Source: Alphaproteobacteria bacterium (GTDB taxonomy: Bacteria; Pseudomonadota; Alphaproteobacteria; CALKHQ01). From it: a DNA stretch of 64,000 nt. Location: NCBI GenBank assembly GCA_965227515.1, contig CBDDFZ010000001.1, positions 3,017,600 through 3,081,599 on the forward strand, given 5' to 3'. Below are positions 31,136 to 38,741 of the stretch, in pieces; position 1 is the first letter of the stretch; every line of letters begins with the position of its first letter. The notes below the pieces were generated by a model that worked only from the letters and a program-made list of their open reading frames with translations, was not told the origin of the DNA and did not search any database. A program made the position numbers and the translations under genes.

Positions 31136-33127
31136 TTATACCAAATCCACGTCCGACACGATCTCCACGATGGCCGGGCCGTCATAAGCCAGTGCCTCTT
31201 GGATCGCCTCGTCCAGGTCCCCGGCCTTCGTCACCCGCCGGCCGTGGCCGCCGCACAACCGGGCGTAGGAGGCGAAGCTGGGGTTGTGCAGGCTGGTCTG
31301 CCACACCTGCCATTGCCCGGCGCGCTGTTCCTTGGAGATCTTCCCGAGTTCGCTGTTGTTGAGCAGGATGTGGGTGATGTCCATGCCGTACTTCACGGCG
31401 GTGGTGAACTCGCCCATGTACTGGCCGAAGCCGCCGTCGCCGCTGACCGACACCACCTTGCGGCCGGCCAGGTCGGGGATGTCGCGGGTCGCCGCCCAGG
31501 CGCCCATCGCGGCGGGGAAGCCGAAGCCGATGGAGCCGAGGTAGCCGGACATCATCACCGCCTGGCCGGCGCATTCGAAATAGCGGCCGAACGAGTAGGT
31601 GTTGTTGCCGACGTCGACCGCGATCACCGCGTCGTCGGGCACCTGGCGGGTCATGGCAGCGAAGACGGCAGCGGACGCGATGCCCTTGCCGCGGTCCTCG
31701 TCGATCCGCTTGGCCTTTTCCGCGCGCCACTCGGCCCAGCGCGCGGCGATCTCTTCGCGCTGGTTGACGGCGTCGGGCCGCGCCGGCAGGCGCTCGCGCA
31801 TCAGGGTGGCGGTCACCGCCACGTCGCCCCACACCGGCACCGCCACCGGGTGGAACTTGCCCAGGTGCATGCGATCGAAGTCGACCTGGACGATGGGCTT
31901 CGACGGCTCGATGCCGGTGTGGTTGGAGAACGAGGACCCGAACGCCAGGATCAGGTCGCACTCGTTCATGAACCAACTGGCGATGGGCGTGCCGGAGCGG
32001 CCGAGCACGCCGGCGGCGAGCGGATGGGTGTCGGCGATCTGGCCCTTGGCCTTGAACGTGGTCAGCACCGGCGCGTCCAGCGCCTCGGCCAGTGCCACCA
32101 CGTCGGCCATGCCCTCCTTGGCGCCGTAGCCGACGATGACGATGGGGCGCTTGGCGCCCGCAATCGCCGCCATGGCGTCGTCCAGCGCCTCGGCGGGCGG
32201 CGAGATCGCGGGTGCGGCCACCCGCCCGCCGGGGCCGGAGGCCTTGGCGCCCTCCGCCCGTGGGATGGTCTGCACGTCGTCGGGGAAGATCAGGTGCGCG
32301 ACATCGCGCTCCACCACCGCGTTCTTCGCCGCCAGCGTCATCAGCTCGGCGTGGTTGGAGGTGTGGAGCACGGTCTGGCTGAACCGGCTGACCGCCGCGA
32401 ACGCCGAGGCGAGGTCGATCTCCTGGAACGCGCCGGGCCCGAACACCTGCACGTTGACCTGGCCGGTCAGCGCCAGCACCGGCGCGCGGTCGACCTTGGC
32501 GTCCCACAAGCCGGTCAGCAGGTTGGTGGCGCCGGGGCCGGCAATCGCCAGGCAGGCCGCCGGCTTGCCGGAGAGCTTGGCGTAGCCGGAACAGGCAAAA
32601 GACGCAGCACCCTCGTGACGGATGCCGATGAACTCCAGATTGCCCTTGGTCTCCTGCACCCGCAGCGCATCGGCCAGCCCCAGATTGGAGTGGCCGACCA
32701 TGCCGAACACGCGCTTGACGCCCCAGTTGACCATGGTTTCGGCCATCACGTCGCTGATGGTCGCGGTGCGCTCCGGCTCCGCCTCGACGCCGACATAGAT
32801 GCCGTCGTCGCGAACCTCGACCGGGTACATCTCCTGGCCGGTGTCCTCATGGCCGCCGGGCGGCAGGCCGGTCAGCGGATCGAAGTCCCAGCCGTGCCAG
32901 GGGCAGCGCAGCCAGCACTTGCCCTCCACACCGGTCTCAATCGAGCCTTCGCCCAGCGGACCGCCCTGGTGCGGGCAGCGGTTGTCCATCGCCGCGTACT
33001 GGCCCTGGAAGTGGGTGAGGGCGACGCTGACGCTGCCGGCGACGGCGGTCTTGACCCGGCCCTCGGCCAGTTCGCCCGGCTCCGCCACCTTGTGCCAGTC
33101 CCGATCAGGCGCGGCTGTGTCGGACAT
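31136..33127 (-). CDS. Rieske [2Fe-2S] domain fused to a thiamine-pyrophosphate-dependent enzyme (acetolactate synthase / pyruvate oxidase-like)
   Basis: N-terminal Rieske motifs CPHQGGPL ... CPWHGWDF. Then TPP_enzyme N/M/C domains with GDGGFGQYMGEF...LLNN (GDG-x-NN TPP motif). 663 aa. Confidence 0.85.
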   Translation of the reverse strand: MSDTAAPDRDWHKVAEPGELAEGRVKTAVAGSVSVALTHFQGQYAAMDNRCPHQGGPLGEGSIETGVEGKCWLRCPWHGWDFDPLTGLPPGGHEDTGQEMYPVEVRDDGIYVGVEAEPERTATISDVMAETMVNWGVKRVFGMVGHSNLGLADALRVQETKGNLEFIGIRHEGAASFACSGYAKLSGKPAACLAIAGPGATNLLTGLWDAKVDRAPVLALTGQVNVQVFGPGAFQEIDLASAFAAVSRFSQTVLHTSNHAELMTLAAKNAVVERDVAHLIFPDDVQTIPRAEGAKASGPGGRVAAPAISPPAEALDDAMAAIAGAKRPIVIVGYGAKEGMADVVALAEALDAPVLTTFKAKGQIADTHPLAAGVLGRSGTPIASWFMNECDLILAFGSSFSNHTGIEPSKPIVQVDFDRMHLGKFHPVAVPVWGDVAVTATLMRERLPARPDAVNQREEIAARWAEWRAEKAKRIDEDRGKGIASAAVFAAMTRQVPDDAVIAVDVGNNTYSFGRYFECAGQAVMMSGYLGSIGFGFPAAMGAWAATRDIPDLAGRKVVSVSGDGGFGQYMGEFTTAVKYGMDITHILLNNSELGKISKEQRAGQWQVWQTSLHNPSFASYARLCGGHGRRVTKAGDLDEAIQEALAYDGPAIVEIVSDVDLV

Positions 33128-33289
33128 GCTGCCTCCTTTTGCACTTTGCCAGAATATTTGACATTACTGGATCGTGGCGGGCGCGAAAGCCCCTCACAAT
33201 GACTTAACCATTTCGTGGCCTTCCGCCGCGCCGTGCAACCGCTTATTCTGCGCGATGCATCGCCCCAACTCCGGCACCATTCCCTACAG

Positions 33290-33523
33290 ATGACCGCGGC
33301 CGAGATCATCGTCGAAATTGTAGTCTGGTATGGCTATGCCGGTTGCGCCGTCGCGGCCGCATTCCTGCTGGTCGGCATCGACCGGATCGATCCGGGGGCG
33401 GGCGGTGCCTATCTGTTCCGCGTGCTGTTGGCGCCTGGCGTGATCGTGCTCTGGCCGCTGGTGCTGTGGATCTGGCTGCGGCGCGAGATGTCCGGGCGCC
33501 CCGCATCCGACGAGACCGCCTGA
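33290..33523 (+). CDS. small membrane protein (2 predicted TM helices)
   Basis: 77 aa (MTAAEIIVEIVVWYGYAGCAVAAAFLLVGI...VIVLWPLVLWIWL). Stop overlaps the next small ORF (ATGA-type). Confidence 0.4.
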   Translation: MTAAEIIVEIVVWYGYAGCAVAAAFLLVGIDRIDPGAGGAYLFRVLLAPGVIVLWPLVLWIWLRREMSGRPASDETA

Positions 33524-33681
33524 TGCAACGACGCCACCGCGTGGCGCACAGGCGCGCCTGGCTGCTGATCGCGGTCGTGCTGCCGGTGCTGTTCGTGCTT
33601 GCCCTGGCGGTGCGGCCGGACCTGCCGGTGGACGAGGACGCCCAGCAGTTTCGTGCTCAGCACATGGACGGCGAGGGCTAG
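33523..33681 (+). CDS. small membrane protein (1 TM helix)
   Basis: 52 aa (RRAWLLIAVVLPVLFVLALAV). Translationally coupled to its neighbours. Confidence 0.35.
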   Translation: MQRRHRVAHRRAWLLIAVVLPVLFVLALAVRPDLPVDEDAQQFRAQHMDGEG

Positions 33682-33684
33682 CCG

Positions 33685-34743
33685 GTGGGCGTGCGCTACC
33701 GCCCGGTTCAGTGGAACCGCAACAAGTACGTATACGACATCGTGCTGATCGTGCTGGTGGTGGCCTACATCTGGCTGTTCATCATGCTGGCGCCGGACCT
33801 GCTCGACTTCCAGCGCCCGGTCGACCGCTGGATCGTGCGCATGCGCGCGTTCGGCACCTGCGCGTTCCTGATGCTGACGCTGATCCTGTGCATCGGCCCG
33901 ATGGCCCGGCTCGACAGGCGCTGGCTGCCGCTGCTCTACAACCGGCGCCATTTCGGCGTGCTGACCGCGTTCGTGGCGGCGGCGCACCTGATCGCGGTGC
34001 TGGACTGGTATCACTCGTTCAGCCCGACCGCGCCGTGGGTATCGCTGCTCACCAGCAACACCGCCTACGACAGTTTCGCCGGCTTCCCGTTCGAGGCGCT
34101 GGGCCTGTTGGCGTTCGGCATCCTGCTGGTGATGGCCGCCACCAGTCATGACTTCTGGCTCAACTTCCTCGGCCCGCCGCTGTGGAAGGGCCTGCACATG
34201 CTGGTCTACCTGGCCTATGCGGCGGTGGTGATGCACGTGTCGCTGGGGCTGTTGCAGTCCGAGCAGCATCCGTTCTTCGTGATCATGGTGGCGGCGAGCC
34301 TGGTCGCGGTGATCGGCCTCCACCTGATGGCCGCGCGCAAGGAGCGGCGGCGCGAGAACGACACCGCCTCGGTTGCCGAAGGCGACTGGATCGACGCCGG
34401 CCCGGTCGGCGCGCTGGAGCCGGACCGGGGCAAGGTGGTGGCGCTGGAGGATGGCGAGCGGATCGCGCTGTTTCGCTCCGGCGACAAGGTCGGCGCGCTG
34501 GCCAATGTGTGCGCGCACCAGAACGGCCCGCTGGGCGAGGGGCGCATCATCGACGGCTGCGTCACCTGCCCATGGCACGGCTTTCAGTACCGGTTGAACG
34601 ACGGTTGCTCGCCGCCGCCGTTCACCGAGAAGGTGGCGACCTATCGCGTGCGGCTGGCCGGCGACCGGGTGCAGATCGACCGGCGGCCGCTGCCCGCCGG
34701 CACGCCGGTGGACCTGGCGACGATCCCGGAGGACCTGCGATGA
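33685..34743 (+). CDS. ferric-reductase-like transmembrane domain (heme-b type, MsrQ/YedZ-like) fused to a C-terminal Rieske [2Fe-2S] domain
   Basis: About 6 TM helices with conserved His residues (AAHLIAVLDWYH, HMLVYLAYAAVVMH). C-terminal CAHQNGPLGEG...CPWHGFQY Rieske motifs. Confidence 0.8.
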   Translation: MGVRYRPVQWNRNKYVYDIVLIVLVVAYIWLFIMLAPDLLDFQRPVDRWIVRMRAFGTCAFLMLTLILCIGPMARLDRRWLPLLYNRRHFGVLTAFVAAAHLIAVLDWYHSFSPTAPWVSLLTSNTAYDSFAGFPFEALGLLAFGILLVMAATSHDFWLNFLGPPLWKGLHMLVYLAYAAVVMHVSLGLLQSEQHPFFVIMVAASLVAVIGLHLMAARKERRRENDTASVAEGDWIDAGPVGALEPDRGKVVALEDGERIALFRSGDKVGALANVCAHQNGPLGEGRIIDGCVTCPWHGFQYRLNDGCSPPPFTEKVATYRVRLAGDRVQIDRRPLPAGTPVDLATIPEDLR

Positions 34744-35513
34744 CCGACCGCGACCGCAAGCCCAGCCGTGATGCGTTCTTCGTCGGCTACCTGCCGGTGC
34801 CAAAGCCGCTGGCGCTGTTCCTGGCCGGGCTGGTCGGCGTGCTGACCTGTTTCGCGGCGGGCGCGGCCCTGGCCCTGGCGCTCTCGCAAAGCGACCCCGG
34901 CGACGCTCATGTCGACGGCCCGGCCGAGATCCACACCGGCTATCTGTCCGTCGATCCCTATCCGTTGCTGCACCTGCCGCCCGACGATGCGCACCCGCTG
35001 GGCCGCACGTTGCCGATGGCCGGCATCGGCAAGATCGGCATCCCGGCGGAGGCCGAGGCGCTCGCCGGGCAGTGGGTCGATGCCAGAGGCGTGTTGCGCA
35101 CCCGCGGCGCCCACCAGTTGTTCGAGACCCGCGGCCGCGACCCCATCGTCGTCGCCGCCGAAGGTGGCGCGGTACCCGGCAACTTCGATCCCGTGGCGGT
35201 CGAGGATCTGGGCGAGGTCACCGTGCGCGGCGAGATCGTCGATCCGAAGTGCTTCCTGGGCGCCATGCGGCCCGGTTGCGGCAAGATGCACATGGCCTGC
35301 GCCAACCGCTGCCTGCTGGGCGGCGTGCCGCCGATGCTGGCGTCGTTCGGCGCGGAAGACGCATTCGAGATGTTCCTGCTGACCGACGAGGACGGCAACG
35401 ACATCACCGAACAGGTGCTGGACTGGACCTCGCTGCCGGTGTCGGTGACAGGGGCGCTGGAGCGGCGCGGTGACCTGTTCGTCCTCAAAGTCACAGACAT
35501 CGAGGCGCTGTAG
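34740..35513 (+). CDS. hypothetical protein with an N-terminal membrane anchor and a C-x7-C-x6-C-x3-C motif
   Basis: Start overlaps the preceding stop (ATGA). Cys cluster CFLGAMRPGCGKMHMACANRC. Confidence 0.55.
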   Translation: MTDRDRKPSRDAFFVGYLPVPKPLALFLAGLVGVLTCFAAGAALALALSQSDPGDAHVDGPAEIHTGYLSVDPYPLLHLPPDDAHPLGRTLPMAGIGKIGIPAEAEALAGQWVDARGVLRTRGAHQLFETRGRDPIVVAAEGGAVPGNFDPVAVEDLGEVTVRGEIVDPKCFLGAMRPGCGKMHMACANRCLLGGVPPMLASFGAEDAFEMFLLTDEDGNDITEQVLDWTSLPVSVTGALERRGDLFVLKVTDIEAL

Positions 35514-35519
35514 ACGGCC

Positions 35520-35738
35520 ATGCCCGCCATTCGACACATCGTCGGCCTCGCCGTCTTCCTCGCCATGCTGGCGCTGAGCTACCTGTTCTGGGGCGAGATC
35601 ACCGGCTGGCTGCGCGGCACCTTCCTCAGCGACATGCCGGTGCTGGCGTTCGTGTTCGCCTTCATCGTCGTGTTCTGGGTACTGGAATGGCTGGGCGGCA
35701 AGCTCGCCGCGCTGATGCCGGACGGCGCCGATCACTGA
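35520..35738 (+). CDS. small membrane protein (2 TM helices)
   Basis: 72 aa and hydrophobic. Sits between two cluster genes on the same strand. Confidence 0.4.
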   Translation: MPAIRHIVGLAVFLAMLALSYLFWGEITGWLRGTFLSDMPVLAFVFAFIVVFWVLEWLGGKLAALMPDGADH

Positions 35739-35762
35739 GTACAAGAATATGCGCAAGGGGAA

Positions 35763-37379
35763 ATGCCGATGAACAAGGTCGCCATCATGGCCTGGGACGA
35801 TCTGCCCGACCGCGACCCGCAATATGCGCTGGTCGCCAATGTCGACCTCGTCGTCGTGCGCTATGACGACAAGGTGTCGGTGCTCTATGGCCGCTGCCAC
35901 CACCGTGGCGCGCTGCTGGCCGACGGCTTCATCAGCGGCGAGAACCTGATCTGCGGCGTCCACCATTGGGACTACCGCTACGACACCGGCATCTCCGAGT
36001 ACAACAACGCCGAGATCCTGGACAAGTTCAGCGCCTGGGTGGAGGACGGGCAGGTCTGGGTCGACGCCGATGAGATCGCGGCCTGGGAGACCGACCACCC
36101 GCAGCCCTATAATCGCAAGGCCTATCTGGGCCTCTATGCCGACATGCACGGGGCCGAGGAAGAGCCCCACGTCAAGCTGATCCAGGGCTATGCCCGCAGC
36201 GGCCTGAAGAAGACCGGCCACCACGGCGTGGTCGACGCCATGGGCGTGCCGCGCCAGGACCTGCCGACCTGGGACGACATCCAGTTCATCACCGCGCAGT
36301 TGCATCGCCCGCCGCTGCTGGATGAGGAGGACGTCGGGTCGGAGGTGGTGATCGGCCCCAACGCACAGAAGCCGCTGAAGCTCGATATCCCGCTGCTGGT
36401 CTCCGACATGAGCTTCGGCGCGTTGTCGGAGCGGGCCAAGGTCTCGCTGGCCAAGGGCGCCGAGCAGGCCGGCACCGGCATCTGCTCCGGCGAGGGCGGC
36501 ATGCTGCCCGACGAGCAGGAGGCCAACACGCGCTACTTCTACGAGCTGGCGTCGGCCCGGTTCGGCTTCAGCATGGACAAGGTGAAGCGCTGCCAGGCGT
36601 TCCACTTCAAGGGCGGGCAGGGCGCCAAGACCGGCACCGGCGGCCATCTGCCGGGCAACAAGGTGGTCGGCCGCATTGCCGAGGTGCGCGGCCTGGAGGA
36701 AGGCACGCCGGCGGTCTCGCCGGCCCGCTTCCCGGACTGGACCACCACCACCCAGATCCGCGACTTCGCCAACGAGGTGCGTGACGCCACCGGCGGCATC
36801 CCCATCGGCTACAAGCTCTCCGCCCAGCACATCGAGAAGGACATCGACGCAGCCCTGGAAGTCGGCGTCGACTACATCATCCTGGACGGGCGCGGCGGCG
36901 GCACCGGCGCGGCACCCATCATCTTCCGCGACAACATCTCGGTGCCGACGATCCCGGCGCTGGCCCGCGCGCGCCGCCATCTCGACCGGCAGGGCCGCGG
37001 CGACATCACGCTTGTGATCACCGGGGGCTTGCGCAAGCCGGCCGACTTCGCCAAGGCGCTGGCGCTGGGGGCCGACGCCATCGGGCTGTCGAACGCAGCG
37101 CTACAGGCCATCGGCTGCCTGGGCATGCGCGCCTGCCACACCAACAACTGCCCGGTCGGCATCGCCACCCAGAAGCCGCACCTGACGTCCCGCATCGATA
37201 TCGACAAATCGGCGGCGCGGCTGGCTCGCTTCTTCGAGACGGCGGTGGAGCTGATCAAGATTCTGGCCCGCGCCTGCGGCCACCGCCATTTGAACCAGTT
37301 CTCGGTCGACGACCTCGTCACCTGGAAGCGCGACATGGCCGACCTCTCCGGCGTCGCTTACGGCGGGGTAGGGGCGTAG
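35763..37379 (+). CDS. Rieske [2Fe-2S] domain fused to a glutamate-synthase-type FMN-binding/Fe-S domain (GltS-related protein)
   Basis: N-terminal CHHRGALL...CGVHHW Rieske motifs. C-terminal GltS central-domain homology, including the CHTNNCPVGIATQ Fe-S/FMN signature and the GGTGAAP / ILDGRGGGTG barrel. Confidence 0.85.
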   Translation: MPMNKVAIMAWDDLPDRDPQYALVANVDLVVVRYDDKVSVLYGRCHHRGALLADGFISGENLICGVHHWDYRYDTGISEYNNAEILDKFSAWVEDGQVWVDADEIAAWETDHPQPYNRKAYLGLYADMHGAEEEPHVKLIQGYARSGLKKTGHHGVVDAMGVPRQDLPTWDDIQFITAQLHRPPLLDEEDVGSEVVIGPNAQKPLKLDIPLLVSDMSFGALSERAKVSLAKGAEQAGTGICSGEGGMLPDEQEANTRYFYELASARFGFSMDKVKRCQAFHFKGGQGAKTGTGGHLPGNKVVGRIAEVRGLEEGTPAVSPARFPDWTTTTQIRDFANEVRDATGGIPIGYKLSAQHIEKDIDAALEVGVDYIILDGRGGGTGAAPIIFRDNISVPTIPALARARRHLDRQGRGDITLVITGGLRKPADFAKALALGADAIGLSNAALQAIGCLGMRACHTNNCPVGIATQKPHLTSRIDIDKSAARLARFFETAVELIKILARACGHRHLNQFSVDDLVTWKRDMADLSGVAYGGVGA

Positions 37380-37404
37380 CGCAGACCTGGCAACACACCG
37401 CCGC

Positions 37405-37460
37405 GTAGCCTGGGTGGAGCGCAGCGAAACCCGGGTTCCACTTCGTTCCACCCAGGCTAC
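37405..37460. repeat. REP-like palindromic element, family 1 (second copy)
   Basis: GTAGCCTGGGTGGAGCGCAGCGAAACCCGGG...CCACCCAGGCTAC. Compare with 12696-12775. Confidence 0.8.
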
Positions 37461-37500
37461 AGGCGTCGAGCCCTTAGCGCCGTCCTGGCAACACTCTCGA

Positions 37501-37648
37501 CGTCATGCGCGGACTTGTGGAGCCTGCCCTCGGACTTGATCCGAGGGGGCATCCACGTCTTGCATCGACCGCCCCAAAGTCGTGGATGGTCCCTCGGGAC
37601 CGGCCGGAGGCCGGCCCAAGGACAGGCTCGCCAAGCCCGACCATGACG
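37501..37648. repeat. palindromic repeat, family 3 (second, longer copy)
   Basis: CGTCATGCGC...GGCATCCACGTCTT...AAGTCGTGGATGGTC...CAAGCCCGACCATGACG. Shares outer and inner inverted repeats with 19435-19522. Confidence 0.75.
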
Positions 37649-37665
37649 ATGGAGTTTACCCGGTC

Positions 37666-38469
37666 CTAAGGCGACGGCTGGTTCCAGGGCGGTGCGTTCC
37701 AGTACTGCTGCGAGCGTTCGACCGCGTCGCAGTCCACCGGCTCGCTGGCCTGAACGGGCACGACCGCCACCGTGGGCGGCTGGTCCCCGGCCACTTCCAG
37801 CACCAGCTTGCGGCGGATGGTGGCGGCCAGATCGTCGGGGTCGGAGACCGGAATGACGAACGCCCCCGGCCCGCCGACCACGCAGTCCCAGTAGTACCGG
37901 TCCAGCGGCACGCTGGCGACCGACGGGCGGATCATGATGGGCAAGCCGTTGATGACGAAACCGGCGTCGACCGCGATGTCGCGGGCATAGGTCGCCGGAA
38001 TGCGGTCGCGGTTGGCGCCGTCGCCCGACACGTCGATGATGCGGCGGGTGCCTTCGAAGCCGTTGCCCCGGAACAGGCCGGTGCCGAACGCCAGCGCGCC
38101 CGAGATGGACGTGCCGCGGATGAACGCGATCGGCTGCGCCTCTAACTCGGCCACGAAAGCCAGCGCACTCTCCGCACCGTCGATCAGCCGCCACGGCACC
38201 ACCACGACCTGGCGATCCGGCCCCGCCCATTCCATGTAGCTCAGCGCGATCTGGCCGAGGAAGCCCGCCTCGACCGCGCTCAGGAATTCCGGGTGTTGCA
38301 GGGCCTGCAGGTAGCCCGCGCGCTGCACCGCGTGTTCCTGGGCGTCCATCGAGCCGGAGACGTCGACGGCCAGCAGCAGTTCGATGTCGACGGCCATGTC
38401 TTGGGCCCGGGCCGGACCGAGGCCGGCGACCAGCGCCGCAACAATGCCCAGCATGCGAACTGCGTGCAT
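37666..38469 (-). CDS. DUF1194 domain-containing protein (vWA-like, secreted)
   Basis: Signal peptide. LLLAVDVSGSMD MIDAS-like motif. The conserved DUF1194 C-terminus (YYWDCVVGGPGAFV) is typical of the alphaproteobacterial family. Confidence 0.75.
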   Translation of the reverse strand: MHAVRMLGIVAALVAGLGPARAQDMAVDIELLLAVDVSGSMDAQEHAVQRAGYLQALQHPEFLSAVEAGFLGQIALSYMEWAGPDRQVVVVPWRLIDGAESALAFVAELEAQPIAFIRGTSISGALAFGTGLFRGNGFEGTRRIIDVSGDGANRDRIPATYARDIAVDAGFVINGLPIMIRPSVASVPLDRYYWDCVVGGPGAFVIPVSDPDDLAATIRRKLVLEVAGDQPPTVAVVPVQASEPVDCDAVERSQQYWNAPPWNQPSP

Positions 38470-38633
38470 CGCGAACCCCGCCTCCTTGCTGCTAGCGAGA
38501 CTCTAGGGATCGGCCACCCAGGCCGGCAAGGGCGCGACACCAACTCGTGAAACGCTGGCCGGAAACCGCGTGCCGGTCGTGTCGACGCTGCGCTATATTC
38601 CCAGCTTGAGCATGATCGTTCTATTCGGCACCG

Positions 38634-38698
38634 GCCCTCTCCCCCACCCGGCCGCCCACGACAGTATCCTGGTTGGGCGGCCGGGTGGGGGAGAGGGC
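38634..38698. promoter_or_regulatory. perfect 25-bp-arm inverted repeat ~45 bp upstream of the molybdoenzyme start
   Basis: Arms GCCCTCTCCCCCACCCGGCCGCCCA and TGGGCGGCCGGGTGGGGGAGAGGGC flank a 15-nt spacer. Divergent intergenic region. Confidence 0.55.
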
Positions 38699-38741
38699 TG
38701 GCGCAGAATCGGCGCAAGCTGATCCCGATCCAAGAGGTGCC

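Noticed and set aside
31199-33202. 667-aa plus-strand ORF antisense to the Rieske-TPP gene
   Set aside because: Antisense artefact. The minus-strand product has TPP and Rieske motifs.
34641-36980. 779-aa minus-strand ORF crossing several plus-strand genes
   Set aside because: It spans three independently supported plus-strand genes. Low-complexity translation.
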